The translations under genes were made by a program, and so were the position numbers. The notes beneath the pieces are model-generated. The model was not told the DNA's origin. It was given only the letters and a program-made list of their open reading frames with translations, and searched no databases. From Azolla caroliniana (taxonomy: Eukaryota; Plantae; Polypodiophyta), in the NCBI GenBank assembly GCA_043228905.1, contig JBHGNT010000397.1:1-28426 (forward strand): a DNA stretch of 28,426 bases, in the 5' to 3' direction. Shown here one piece after another: positions 10,319 through 21,966 of this stretch; within the stretch, counting starts at the first letter, position 1; each line of letters opens with the position of its first letter.

Positions 10319-10649
10319 ACACTAGGGACTAGGGTTTTTGCCTATATAAGGAGACTAGCTACCTTCTTATTAAGGAGGCTTCACTTATGTCAAGACTATA
10401 ACGGTGTGGTTATGGTTCTTGTTAGCTAATCATGTGCAATCCTCGTAGGAACCAAGGTACCACTCACATCAACCCTCAATGGTATGGGACATTGAGGAGG
10501 TTCAGGTTTGCCTTAAGTCGTTGTTAGGGGGTGGTCAGGTGGTTTTCCACCCCTCTTTCCTATCTTTGGTCTATAATTCCTTATGTTTTGCTTAATTAGT
10601 TAGTTAGAATCTAACATATACTATATAAGTGGAAGATATGCTTAGTGAT

Positions 10650-10947
10650 GTATAGAGAAATTTTCAATGAAGGAACTCAAAGAAACCCGACACATACTGA
10701 GCATGAGGATAGAGCGAAACCAGATGAAGAAAACTCTTCGGCTCTCCTAATTTGACTATATTCAAAAGGTGTTGAAGCGCTTCAACATGGAGAATGCAAA
10801 GCTTACACCAACACCACGTCCAATGTCGTTCAGAGTCCAGACTATTAGACAATGACTCTCCCCTCATAGAGGTAGAGGAAGAACTCAATGACATGAGCAA
10901 AATACCCTACGCATCGGCCGTAGGAAGTCTACTGCACGCGATGGTGG
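10650..10947 (+). pseudogene. Ty1/copia RT C-terminal fragment (Tnt1/Tork-like)
   Basis: FSMKELKETRHILSMRIER...LRLS*FDYIQKVLKRFNMENAK...MSKIPYASAVGSLLHAMV. Confidence 0.88.
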
Positions 10948-10948
10948 A

Positions 10949-11608
10949 AAGATGGCACATTTTATTCCATGTTCTAAAGCAATTTCAGGGATGGAAACAA
11001 CAGATCTATTGTTAACAAATATTGTGCGCCTTTGATGGTTTACTGGATGACATTATCTCTGATCGTGGTCCCCAATTTATGTCTCATTTCTGGAAGCGCC
11101 TCTTCCAGACTCTTGGAACTTCCATCGACGAGCTGCGCTTGGTTTTAAAGTCGGTGACATGGTCTGGCTATTACGTCGGCATATTCTGACAACTCACCCA
11201 TGCAACAAACTTGATTACAAAAAGTTGGGTCCATTCCGCATCATTGATAAAGTCAACCCTATGGCTTTCCGTCTTGCTCTTCCATCACACTACCAAATTC
11301 ACAATGTCTACCATGCATCGCTTCTTGAGCTCTATCATCCATCCTCAATTCCAGGAAGAAGCATTGAGCCACCTCCCCCTGTGGCTTTGGTGACTGGGGA
11401 TGAGTATGAAGTTGAGACCATTCTAGACTCACGGAAGAGCCGGCGAATGCTCTAGTATCTTGTTTTATGGAAAAGATATCCCATCTCCAAGGCTACATGG
11501 GAGCTCGCTAGAAATTTACTAAATGCCCTGGAAGTGGTTCATGATTTTCATCTCTGATATCTGTGCAAACCCGCATCTTCTTGAAGTTGGCACTTAAGGG
11601 GAGGATAA
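10949..11608 (+). pseudogene. Second chromovirus: internally deleted integrase, chromodomain and PPT
   Basis: KMAHFIPCSK...[18 protein letters not shown], then a deletion near 11130, then FKVGDMVWLL...LGPFRI...EYEVETILDSR...YLVLWKRY...ATWE. PPT AAGGGGAGGATAA at 11596-11608. Confidence 0.92.
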
Positions 11609-11976
11609 TGCCATGAACATGGACTTGAATGTGAACCTTAGGCCCTTGCATATATATATTTCTCCTAGACAAACTTTAGACTTCAAACCTTTGTAAAAAG
11701 AGTGGTATGTAAGACTCAATATGTAAGACCCAATATGTAAGACTCAATATGTCAGACTTGGCATGCAAGAATTAGTAGGCTTGATATTATAATATGTAAG
11801 ACTTGCCATGAGCATGCTTATCATGCATCACTACATGTATAAAAAGGGTTTATCTCCCTTATTAACATCAAGGAGATCAACACCAATCATGGAATAGATA
11901 CTTTTACTCATTGTCATCAACTTCTCGATCTCTCTATCTCATCAACTTCCCCATCTCTTTATCTCCAATTGTTCAT
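11609..11976 (+). repeat. 3' LTR of the second chromovirus (extreme 3' end probably lost)
   Basis: Starts TGCCATGAAC after the PPT, has TATAAAAA at about 11838, and ends ...TTGTTCAT where it meets a Copia fragment. Unrelated in U3 to the first element's LTR. Confidence 0.75.
11706..11760 (+). repeat. 14-bp tandem repeat TATGTAAGACTCAA, about 4 copies, in U3
   Basis: Units start at 11706, 11720, 11734 and 11748, with a dispersed copy near 11793. Confidence 0.9.
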
Positions 11977-11979
11977 CCG

Positions 11980-13434
11980 TACAAGGTGAAACGACGCACC
12001 CGAATCAACCACCCATGTCGATTCTTTGCCGAGATTCACTTTGTTTTGCTCACTAATGAGCAACAACTCCTCCTCACTCACGGCGATTGCTGAGGTGTTC
12101 TTCTTGTCCGGGATTTTCTTTGGCTCTACACCATCAGTTCCCCCTTTTCCTTTCGAAAGTGTCACCAGTTTTTTTGGAAGTGCTCTGACTTCCCACAATA
12201 GAAGCATGTGGGTTTCCCCCTCGACTTCGACCTAGTCCCCGACTTATCTCGGTTCTAGGAACTTTGATTTCGTCTTCTTCCTTGAATCGTGTCACCTTCT
12301 GTGACTAAGGCCTTTTGGTCGGTATTGGACTCTCCGTCCTTCTGGCGAGCTTCTTCATTTAGCAAGCTTGACTTCACTTGCATCTAGGGTAGGTGTTTCC
12401 CTTCCGGTCCCGCGTTGCCCAACGTGACAACCAACGTTTCCCAACTGTCCGGAAGGGATCCCAGCAACAACAGTGCTAATACCTCGTCGGCCAGAGGTAC
12501 TTCTAGAGAGGTGGTTTGGTCTATCAATCCTTGGAAGGAATTGATGTGGTCCACCATACTGGAGCCATCCTGATATCGGAGCCTCACTATTTTTCGAAAT
12601 ACTCAGATTCAGTGCACGATGTTCTTGTTTTCGAACATGACACCGATCTTTTCCATAGGATGTCTGCTTCTATTTCTTCGCCGAAGTTTTTGTATAGACT
12701 CATGTCTATAAAACACCTTATATATACAACTACCTTCAGATGCAACACTTCCCAAGTCGCTGCATCGATATTGTCTAGTCTTTTATTTCTGAACTGCACC
12801 AACAACCAAAGGTCTTTGCACACGAGCATGTCTCTCATCTTCGACTTCCACACTAAGTAGTTGGAGCCGGTTAGCTTAAACATGTCGCTGAATGAGTCTT
12901 CCATCGCTCTAATACCACTTTGTTAGGAATCGACCGACCACAACCAGTTTCACGTTCTTATTCGTGTGCAGAAACCAAAAACTAGTACATAGAAAGAAAA
13001 ATGTGAAGACACAGAGACACCAATATTTTATGTGGAAAACCCGAAATGGGAAAAACCATGGGGGTCCACAAACCCTGAGAAAATAGATCATTATGGTAGA
13101 GAGGAAGTACAAATACGGAACTCGGAGCCAATGACCTCGACTTCTCCTTCGTCTGACAGACGATTACAGAGTTCACTCTCTCTCACTCACGGTTACAGAG
13201 GCAACTACCTCGTTCTAATTTTACAATAATGATCAATTACAACTACTAAAGTTTGCCCTAGTTGCTTATAAACAAAAGCAACTATCTGGCTATTTACGAG
13301 TATAGCCCCCAAGAGGCATTTTAGACCATTTACATTTGTGGTCTTCTAAAACGATTTCGATTTTGGTAGTCTAAAATGATTACCCTTGTGTCCTCGATTT
13401 CGGTTTCCCATCCAGGGGGACCTGTTTCCCAACA
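11980..13434 (-). mobile_element. 5' portion of a Ty1/copia element (Tnt1/Tork-like): 5' LTR 12921-13434, PBS 12906-12917, gag-protease pseudogene 12904 to about 11980
   Basis: Minus-strand LTR TGTTGGG...CCTAACA and PBS TGGTATTAGAGC (tRNAiMet-like). Gag MFKLTGSNYLVWKSKMRDML...LLLGSLPDSWETL, knuckle CFYCGKSEH, protease WVVDSGASFHL, then truncation. Confidence 0.93.
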
Positions 13435-13650
13435 CTTTTGACTCCTAAGCTTTCCATACAAATTGTCAGTTTAGTGTTCATGTTCTTATGCAGGCTTAAC
13501 CATCTTATAAAGGTGTAGATACCAGAAGTGGAAGTGATATCTATATATTAATGATTCTAGTTGATGTAGTCTAATCCTTAGTGAATCTTGTAGGTTATAA
13601 TACCTTAGGCTAATGTTAGTGAAAAACCAAGCATATTAAACATAATATGG

Positions 13651-16000
13651 ATACTATTTTATTACGTTTGGGTGTATCTATCATGAGTCGATCAAGATCA
13701 AATGTCTAATTGTAATAATTAATCGTAATAACTAATCTCTTTACACCTATTCACCGAGTGTAGATTAGTGTCGACTTCTTGATTGAACGTTCAAAGTTGA
13801 ATGTTCGACCTATTGTGTCTATTGGCTACAATAGTTCGTTATCGGTAGGTTAACACTCTAGACAAGACAGACACGAAGATAGATTGAGGAATGCGTAGCT
13901 CACTTCTGATGGAAAAGCTCGATAGGAGAAACGAAAAATCTTGTTCATACAAGATACATGTTGAGAGGCAAGCTCAACATGGACAGAATTGGCTAAAGAA
14001 GTCGAGCGCCGAATCTCTTGGAGACCGATTGACTATGCTCGAGTCGGTTGAAGTAGCCGAGAACCGAATCGAATAGAGTTCGATTTGGGTGTGCCGAGTC
14101 GAATGAAATCCAAAAAGGCCGTTATGGGCCTATATACCTATTATAGAAAATAGGAATATTATAGGCAAAATTAAAGTCAGGCTCATTTATCAGCATTCAG
14201 GTACTAATGGTACTTGTGTCAACCCAATTGTCAGGGCTTGTATAAAAAGTGCTCATTGAGCACATGTACGAGATGAGAAATTACGCATCTTGGTTGTACG
14301 AGATGCACCAGTACTTACTGGGTCATGGATATTGGAGTTATGTCGAAGAAGCTAATGATGAAGCACCTCAGTTGACACATAGAGATTTCCCGACCTAGGA
14401 ATACGCGAGGAGTAGAGTTTGGTACTACTTCACATCTTGTGTGAGTGACCAATTATGGGGCTACATGTGGGATGCCAAAACGTTGAAAGATGCTTGTGGA
14501 AATCTGAAGAAGATTTCCACCGTGAGCACCACAACCAGAAAGCTTCAACTTAGACAATTATTGAGCAATGTCCGATAGAGGGATATGTCGGTGGCTGACT
14601 ACACCTCTATGATCAAGGAGGTCTACGACTCCCTCGACTCTGTCAACATGAACATCGAGGAGGATGAAATGGTACAGGTTTGCATCGGAGTGTTAGTGTC
14701 GAAGTTCGGAGCATTCGGAACGGTAGTCAGCAAGAGGGAGAATATGCCTTCGTTTTTCGAGCTACAATCGATGTTGCTTGTAGAAGAAAACCACTTGGGT
14801 GCATCGACGAGTACGCATCGACAACAAGATGCTCTACACGGAGGTAGAAATGCCCCGTGGTCGGCACGTAATGGAGGCGGTTGATAGGAGTAGAACTTGA
14901 TGCATAATCGAAATGCTGACAACAGTTCCGGACCCTCCACGAGTAGGGGGAGTCAAGGCGGCGTCAGAGGTCAGGAAAGAAAGGCGGCAATGGACAATTG
15001 GTATTGTGTCTAGAAGGGCCACAGAGAGAGGGAGTGTTGGAAAAAGGGAGACGATTCAGACAAACCCGGATCGAGTCAAGGAGATGACGATTGGCATCAG
15101 AGATCACATTACGTTGAAGGCTCGGGGGCGAGCCGAAACGGGCCCAACCTTCATCATGAAGCACAAAGCCAACTTGATGGTGGTGAACACCTCAAGGTTG
15201 AACGAGGTATGGTATGTGGATTCAGGCGCATCGAACCCCATGAAGAATCACAAGGAGTGGTTCTCGACTATGGAAAAGCCAGAGAAGCGAGGGTTCGTTG
15301 AAACTAGTAATGAACCCCCTCATCGCATCGAACAAATAGGAGATGTTCGTCTCAGCCATGTCCGTCAAAGAGAAATAATGAGAAATGTCTTGCATGTGCC
15401 GGCAATCACATAGAACCTTGTGTTGGGCGGACAAATTGTCGACCAGGGCACCTTAGGTGCTTTATAGAGGAAGAAGGCAAGAACATCGCGCAAGGGCGCA
15501 GAGATGGGAGGATGTTTATCCTCACTACCAATGAAGCTGTGACAATGATGTTTTCATAATGGAAAAAGGTCGAGTCAGACATTGACCTATGGCACAAGTT
15601 GTTCGGCCTTCGGGAGTTGTAGACAAAAAAACATCATTTTTGGCTACCAAAATTTAGTGGCTGAAATGGCTAAGCCTGCAAAGCATGGTAGTTAGGGAAG
15701 CATCACTGAGTTCTATTCCCAAATGAAAGAAATCGGAACTGAAACAAGCTTGATTTAATCCATTCGGATGTATGAGGACCAATGCAAAACGTGAGTATCG
15801 GTGGAAGTTGTTATTTTGTAACCTTGATTGATGACTACACTCAACACACTTGGGCGTGCTTGATCGAGAAGAAAAGAAAAGTCTTCTCTTGCTTCTTCAA
15901 GGTGAAAAGCCTTGCCGAATGGGAGAACGGTTGGAAAATCAAGTGCCTAAGGTCTTATGGCTGAAAAGAGTACTTTTCCGTCTAGTTCTCTAGCTACATT
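13651..16000 (+). mobile_element. Copia cluster block A: host leader/gag start, partial LTR (13959-14263), gag-PR-integrase pseudogene
   Basis: NYASWLYEMHQYLLGHGYWSYV, MSVADYTSMIKE, WYVDSGASN, YFVTLIDDYT...IKCLRS. Colinear with 16380-19240. Confidence 0.9.
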
Positions 16001-16380
16001 CTCTGTGTATACCTAATTGTCTACTATTGTGCAACCAAGCCGACCATGTCTTGTGTACGAGCTTCTACGTATACTATTCTTCTACATGGTATCAGAACGT
16101 GAGGGTTGAAGATTCCCTACAGCCAACAAGCACTTCAACATAGACAAGCTTTTGAATCTCCATGTTGGCCGATTGGATACCCAGAGTCAGACTAATGTGG
16201 AAAGGAGTTAGTGTCCGAGTCAGAGTTGAAAAGTATGACCAGTATTCGGAAAACACATAAATATGAAAGCATAAAATTTAAAGTAATATTAGGAAATAGA
16301 CGGTTTTGTAGGTTCTTGCCGAATTGGTTACCGGTAGGTTAACACTTCGGACAGGACAGACAGGAAGATGGATTGAGGAA
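16000..16380 (+). mobile_element. 3' end of a related Copia LTR, PBS (16087-16098) and 5' leader
   Basis: ...TTCTACA|TGGTATCAGAAC. The leader ends with ggtaggttaacact...gaagatggattgaggaa, the same sequence that precedes gag at 13845-13890 and 16596-16642. Confidence 0.8.
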
Positions 16381-17496
16381 TACTATTTTATTACGTTTGG
16401 GTGTGTCTATCATGAGTCGATCAAGATCAAATGTCTAATTGTAATAATTAATCGTAATAACTAATCTCTTTACACCTATTCACCGAGTGTAGATTAGTGC
16501 CGACTTATCCATCTCTCCACCACAATCTTCTTGACTAAACGTTCAAAGTTGAATGTTCGATCTATTGTGTCTGTTGGCTACAACAGTTCGTTATCGGTAG
16601 GTTAACACTCTAGACAAGACAGACACGAAGATGGATTGAGGAATGTGTAGCTCACTTCCGATGGAAAAGCTGATAGGAGAAACTACACATCTTGTTCATA
16701 CAAGATACATATTGAGAGGCAAGCTCAATATGGGTAGAATCGGCTGAAGAAGTCAAGCGCCAAATCTATTGGAGACCGATCGACTAGGCCCAAATCGGCT
16801 GAAGTAGCCGAGAGCCGAATTGAATAGAGTTCGATTTGGGTGTGCCAAGTCGAACGAAATCCAAAAAGGCCATTAGGGGCTTATATACCTATTATAGAAA
16901 ATAGGAATATTATAGGCAAAATTAGAGTCAGGCTCATTTATGAGAATTCAGGTACTAATGGTACTTGTGTCAGCCCAATTGTCAGGGCTTGTATAAAAAG
17001 TGCTCATTGAGCACGTTGTATGTACAGAGTGTTCATTATTTCAAATTGACGTGTTGTTGTTTTCTCTCTTTGTCTCTCTCTCAATGTGTATCTATTATTT
17101 GTGTTTACCTAATTGTCGGGTTTCGAACAATCAACTGTGTACTCGGTGTCCATCGCACAAACTTCTACACACGAATTGTTTCACATGGTACTAGAGCGCG
17201 AGGGTTGAGAATCCTCTGTAGCCGATAGAAAAACAAGAAAACAAGACAAAGATGAGGTTTCTCGTTTTTGGAAAAGAAAAGATAGGAAGCTCGATAGGAG
17301 CAATTATGCATCTTGGTCGTATGAGATGTACCGGTACTTACTTGGTCATGGATATTGGTGTTATGTCGAAGGAGCTAATGATGCAGCACCTCAGTCGACA
17401 CATAGAGATTTGCCGGCCTCGGAATAGGCAAGGAGTAGAGTTTTGTACTGCTTCACATCTTGTGTGAGCAACCAATTATGGAGCTACATGCAGGAT

Positions 17497-17840
17497 GCCA
17501 AAACGCCAGAGGATGCTTGGGGCAATCTGAAGAAGATTTTCACCGCGAGCACCACATCCAGAAAGCTTAAACTTAGACTAGAGTTTAGCAATGCCCGAGA
17601 GTTTAGCAATGCCCGATAGAGGGAGATGTCAGTGGCTGACTACACCTCTAAGATCAAGGAGGTCTACGACTACCTTGCCAAAAAGCCAAAGGATGCTTGG
17701 GGAAATCTGAAATAGATTTTCACCGCGAGCACCACATCCAGAAAGCTTCGACTTAGACAAGAGTTGAGAAATGTTCGACAGAGGGATATGTCGATGGCTG
17801 ACTACACCTCTATGATCAAGGAGGTCTGCGACTTCCTCGC
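17497..17840 (+). repeat. Tandem duplication of about 180 bp within gag, containing a perfect 18-bp tandem duplication (17581-17616)
   Basis: gccaaaa...ggatgcttgggg...gaggtct.cgac occurs twice. GAGTTTAGCAATGCCCGA x2. Confidence 0.9.
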
Positions 17841-20394
17841 CTCTATCAACGTGAACGTCGAGGAGGATGAAATGGTGCAGGGGTGCCTCGGAGGATGAAA
17901 TGAACTGTAGTCTACACGAGGGAGAATACGCCTTCGTTTCTTGAGCTACAATCGATGTTGCTCGTAGAAGAAAACCACTCGGGTGCGTCAACGAGTACGC
18001 ATTGAAAACAAGATGTTGTACACGGAGGTAGAGATGCCCCGTGGTCGTGGTGGATGAGGATGGTTGGCATGCAATGGAGGCGGCTGACAAGAGCAGAACT
18101 CAAGGCATAATCGAAATGCTAACAATAGTTCTAGACCCTTCACGAGTAAGGGGAGTCACGGCGGTGCCGGAGGTCGGGAAGGAAAGGCCGCGATGGACTG
18201 TTGGTATTGTGGCCGGAGGGCCATAGAGAGAGCGAGTGTTGGAGAAAGGGAGACGATTCAGACAAAGCCGAATCGAGCCAAGGAGATGCAGATAGGTGTT
18301 AGAGATCGCATTATGCTAAAGGCTCGGGGCAAGTCCAAACGGGCCCAACCTTCGTCATGAAGCACAAAGCCAACTTGATGGCGGTTAACACCTCAAGGTA
18401 AAACGAGGTGTGGTATGTGGATTCAGGTGCATCGAACTACATGACAAATCACAAGGACTGGGTCTCAACTCTAGAAAAGCCAGAGCAGTGGGGGGGTCGT
18501 TGAAACTAGCGATGACACCTCTCATCCCATCAAACACATTGGAGATGTCCCTCTGATTCATGTCGGTCAGAGAGGAATAATGAGAAATGTCTTGCATGTG
18601 CCGACAATCACCAAGAACTTGGTGTTGGATGGACCAATTGTCGACCAGGGCATGTAGGTTCGATTTACTCACCTTGGGTGCTTCATAGAGGAAGAAGGCA
18701 AGATCATCGTGCAAGGGCGCAGAGATTGGAGGATGTTCATCCTCACAACCAATGAACTGTGGACCGGGATGTTAGCGTAAGGGCAAAAGGTCGAGTTGGA
18801 CATTGACCTATGGCACAAGTAGTTCGGCCATGTCAACTTCCTACGGATTCGGGAGATGCAGACAGAAAACATCATTTTCGGCTTACTGAAATTTTGTGGC
18901 TGAAATCACCTAGCTTGCAAAGCCTGGCAGTTAGGGAAGCATTACCAACTTTTGTTTCCAAATGAAAGAAATTGGAGCCAAAACAAGCTTGATTTCATCA
19001 ATTAGGATGTATGGGGACTAGTGCAAAATGTGAGTATCGATGGAAGTCGTTACTTTGTAACCTTGATCAATCACTACACTCGGCACACTTGGGCGTGCTT
19101 GATCGAGAAGAAAACTAAAGACTTCACTTGCTTCTTGAAAGTGAAAAGCCTTGCCGAACGGGAAATTGGTCGGAAGATCAAGTGCCTAAGGTCTGATGGC
19201 AGAAAAGAGTACTTTTCTAACCAGTTCTCTAGCTATCTACAAACGGAAGGAATTCGACATGAATTGTGCTATAGATACATGGCGCAATAGAACATCGTGG
19301 CCGAGAGGAAGAATCAGGTGATAGAGGAAGCGACCAGGGCAATGCTTGAGGGCAAGCATATGCCAAAGTTCTATTGGGCCGAAGCCATCAAGATGGATGT
19401 ATACCTGTAGAATCAGACTTTTGCAAATGGAGGATTGTCGCCACATGAGCTATACATGCGGGTATTTGGTAGCATTGCATATGTGCACGTGCGAGTCGTG
19501 GAGACTCGACCGTGCAGTCCCCACAGTCAAAACCGATGAGACAGTTTACGTGCGTAGAGAAGGGGAAGATGAAGATGCTGGAATACGCTAGTGAGGCCAA
19601 TACATCGGATTGAAGCAAATTCGATGTGGCTAGGAGCAGAGACGGACCTCCAAAAACAACGTCAATGTCGACCGAGCGGGCCACGAAATCTATGAACCAG
19701 AAGTTGCGTTGATCCAGCTGACAAAAGAATCTTGTAGTTTGGTACGAGTACAATGAGTATATGGTACATCATTATACGTATATGGCGAAGGTGGCATAAA
19801 TGCGTGAGCCGGAAGCTATGTAGAAGCGGCGAAATATGCCAATTGGAGGAAAGCCATGGAGGAAGAGATGCGAGCATTATTGGATGGCACTTACATCCGA
19901 TGGATGTAAAGAACATGTTCTTGGAAGTCCATCTTGAGGAACAAGTGTACATGGTACAATCCCCCGGATTTCTATCCGAACGAAACACCTCGGTAGTTTG
20001 CCAATTGAAGAAGTTGTTGTATGGACTTATGCAAGCCCCACATGCCTGGAACACGAAGATCGCCCAACGACTGTTGATTTGGTAGAGTTAGACCATACCA
20101 ATTAGCATTCTGCTATATGTTGATGATTTAGTCATCACTGGAGCTGACCTCAGAGAATTCGGCCGAGTAAAGTCTCAACTTTCAGTATCTTTCAAAATGA
20201 AGGATCTAGGGGTTCCTCATTCTTCCTCGGGATTGAAGTGATCCGGACCCCCGAAGGCATATTGATCAGCCAATGTCATTATGTGTTCTATATGCTCTTC
20301 AAGTTCTTGATGAAGGATTGGAAGTCCATCAGAACCCCTTTGTACAGAAACGTGAAGCTTTGCCAACATTCGGGAACGGCCTACGAATCAAATC

Positions 20395-20481
20395 GAAAAT
20401 TAATAATAAGAAAACTTAGTTATCTTATTGGTGATGTGTATCTATCTATCTATCTATCTATCTTAAAAACTTCCTCAATTT

Positions 20482-20516
<35 letters not shown>

Positions 20517-20650
20517 ACGACATTAGTGCATCACTTCAGCTGCCCATCATCAATCCTCCATAACCACTAGTGGATAAAGGCTCGACGCTTGTCCGCGCTT
20601 GTGCCGCGCACATCCCGACGTTTGGCACGTGTGTCACGCGTCACACGACA
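20395..20650. other. Foreign insert in Copia RT with (TCTA)5 (20441-20460) and (CT)14 (20487-20515); possibly a Helitron 5' end
   Basis: RT homology stops at ...GTAYE and resumes at ERILQY. The intervening sequence is non-RT and contains A|TCTATCTA...TTAAAAAC. Confidence 0.6.
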
Positions 20651-21966
20651 GCGGAAAGGATATTGCAATATGCCATTGGCGCTAAGGATACGACATTGTC
20701 GTATCGGGTAGGAGTAGTCGAAGAGTTAGTCAGCTACACGGATGCCGATTGGATCGGAAATTCCGACGATCGCAGGTCAATATCTAGATTCGCGTGTTCA
20801 TTGGGAAGCGTTGTGATCGTCTATAGCAGTAAAAAGCAGCTGATAGTGGTATTGTTGAGTATTGAGGCCGAGTATCGAGGGGCGTCTATAGCTACATGCG
20901 AAGAGATCTGACTCAAAAGGCTATTGAAGGATGTGCAAGTGGAGGTGTTGGAATTGACAGTGTTATACTGTGACAACCTCAACAATATCCAACTTGAGAA
21001 GAACGGTGTCTTCCATGCCTGAACCAAGCACATAGAGCTGCACTATCATTTCGTCCGTGAGCGAGTCCTCTCTGGTGAAATCGAACTTCTGTATGTTCCA
21101 ACTGATCGGCAGGTTGCCGATATTTTCACCAAACCTCTTGGCCTGGACAAGTTGGGCCAATTTCTAAGTATGCTTGGCTTAAAACATCTTGACATGCTAA
21201 ACTTGAGGGGGAGGAGTGAAGCTGGAAAGGAGAGATACGAAGTTTGAAAAGTCGAATCAGATGAACTCTATTTGGGCACGACGGAAGAAGTCAGAACTTC
21301 CGGATCGGATGGAGAAGCGAGGATGCATGGACAGGTGGAAGAAGATCGGCGAAGCTAAGATTAGCTAGATGTAGGGAGAGCAGAAAAAAAAGAGAGACGA
21401 AGAAAGAGCCAAACGAACCAAGGGGAGGTAGAGCCGAGAGAGGCGGTAGAGTAAAACAGGACAGAGCCGAACAAGAGAAGGACAAGACCAAGTCATGGGC
21501 AGATGTAATCAAGGGCGTGAAGGAGGACGAATTTGAGACAACCAATTCAAACAAGAGACGGAATGAATCGGAAACAACCAATTTGATTGAGGAACGTGAT
21601 TTGAAAGAGCCAAATCTCATGAAGGCCAAGTAGACACGAATGGAGCTGAAGACGACATCGAGACGAAGGAGCCAACAGGTCGAGGAGCACCAATACCATG
21701 ACAATGAGGGAGCTAAGAAGGGCTAGAGTAGTAGACAAGTTGACCGTAGGGGTTGAGGTGCGCGGAACCAAATGGGTCGAGGAGCGCCAGACCGAAGGGG
21801 TCGTGAGATGCAGGACTGAACTGGACGAGGAGCGCGAGCCAGCCGTTGGGACGTTAGGAGAGGCTGGAATGACGAACCGGCTAGAGCTGACACAGAGGGA
21901 CCTCAAGTTGAGCTAGAGGGGGGGTGTTGAGAGGAAAGCTCAACATGGGTTGAATCGGCTGAAGAA

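Larger units (their letters stand above)
4863..10616 (+). repeat. LTR-like repeat A, copy 2 (3' LTR; 4863-5057 and 10324-10616), split by the chromovirus insertion
   Basis: Preceded by purine-rich AAAGTGGGGCAGTA. Termini are TGTTA...TAACA. The two halves rejoin colinearly with copy 1 once 5058-10323 is removed. Confidence 0.8.
16710..21966 (+). mobile_element. Near-complete decayed Ty1/copia: 5' LTR 16710-17185, PBS 17186-17197, gag-PR-IN-RT-RH, long 3' region, PPT, truncated 3' LTR 21925-21966
   Basis: PBS TGGTACTAGAGC; CWYCG knuckle; WYVDSGASNYM; IKCLRSDG; LHPMDVKNMFL; LLYVDDL; SYTDADW; TVLYCDNL; QVADIFTKPL. PPT AGAGGGGGGG before TGTTGAGAGG. Confidence 0.93.

Noticed and set aside
3538-10621. 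TSD for the old gypsy element (TAGAA versus TATAC)
   Set aside because: Only 3 of 5 bases match, which is not evidence.
11706-11807. Short repeats that might suggest a CRISPR-like array
   Set aside because: The 14-bp units are head-to-tail with no spacers, inside a eukaryotic LTR U3.
13435-13650. Possible host exon after ttcttatgcAG (13493)
   Set aside because: No sustained frame or recognisable motif; left unassigned.
20560-20575. CTAGT as the 3' end of a complete mini-Helitron
   Set aside because: There is no GC-rich hairpin just upstream, and foreign sequence continues about 80 nt beyond it.
21291-21906. Hydrophobic Ser/Leu/Phe-rich minus-strand ORFs as an env-like or membrane protein
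   Set aside because: The composition is the automatic mirror of a purine-rich plus strand, and there is no independent support.
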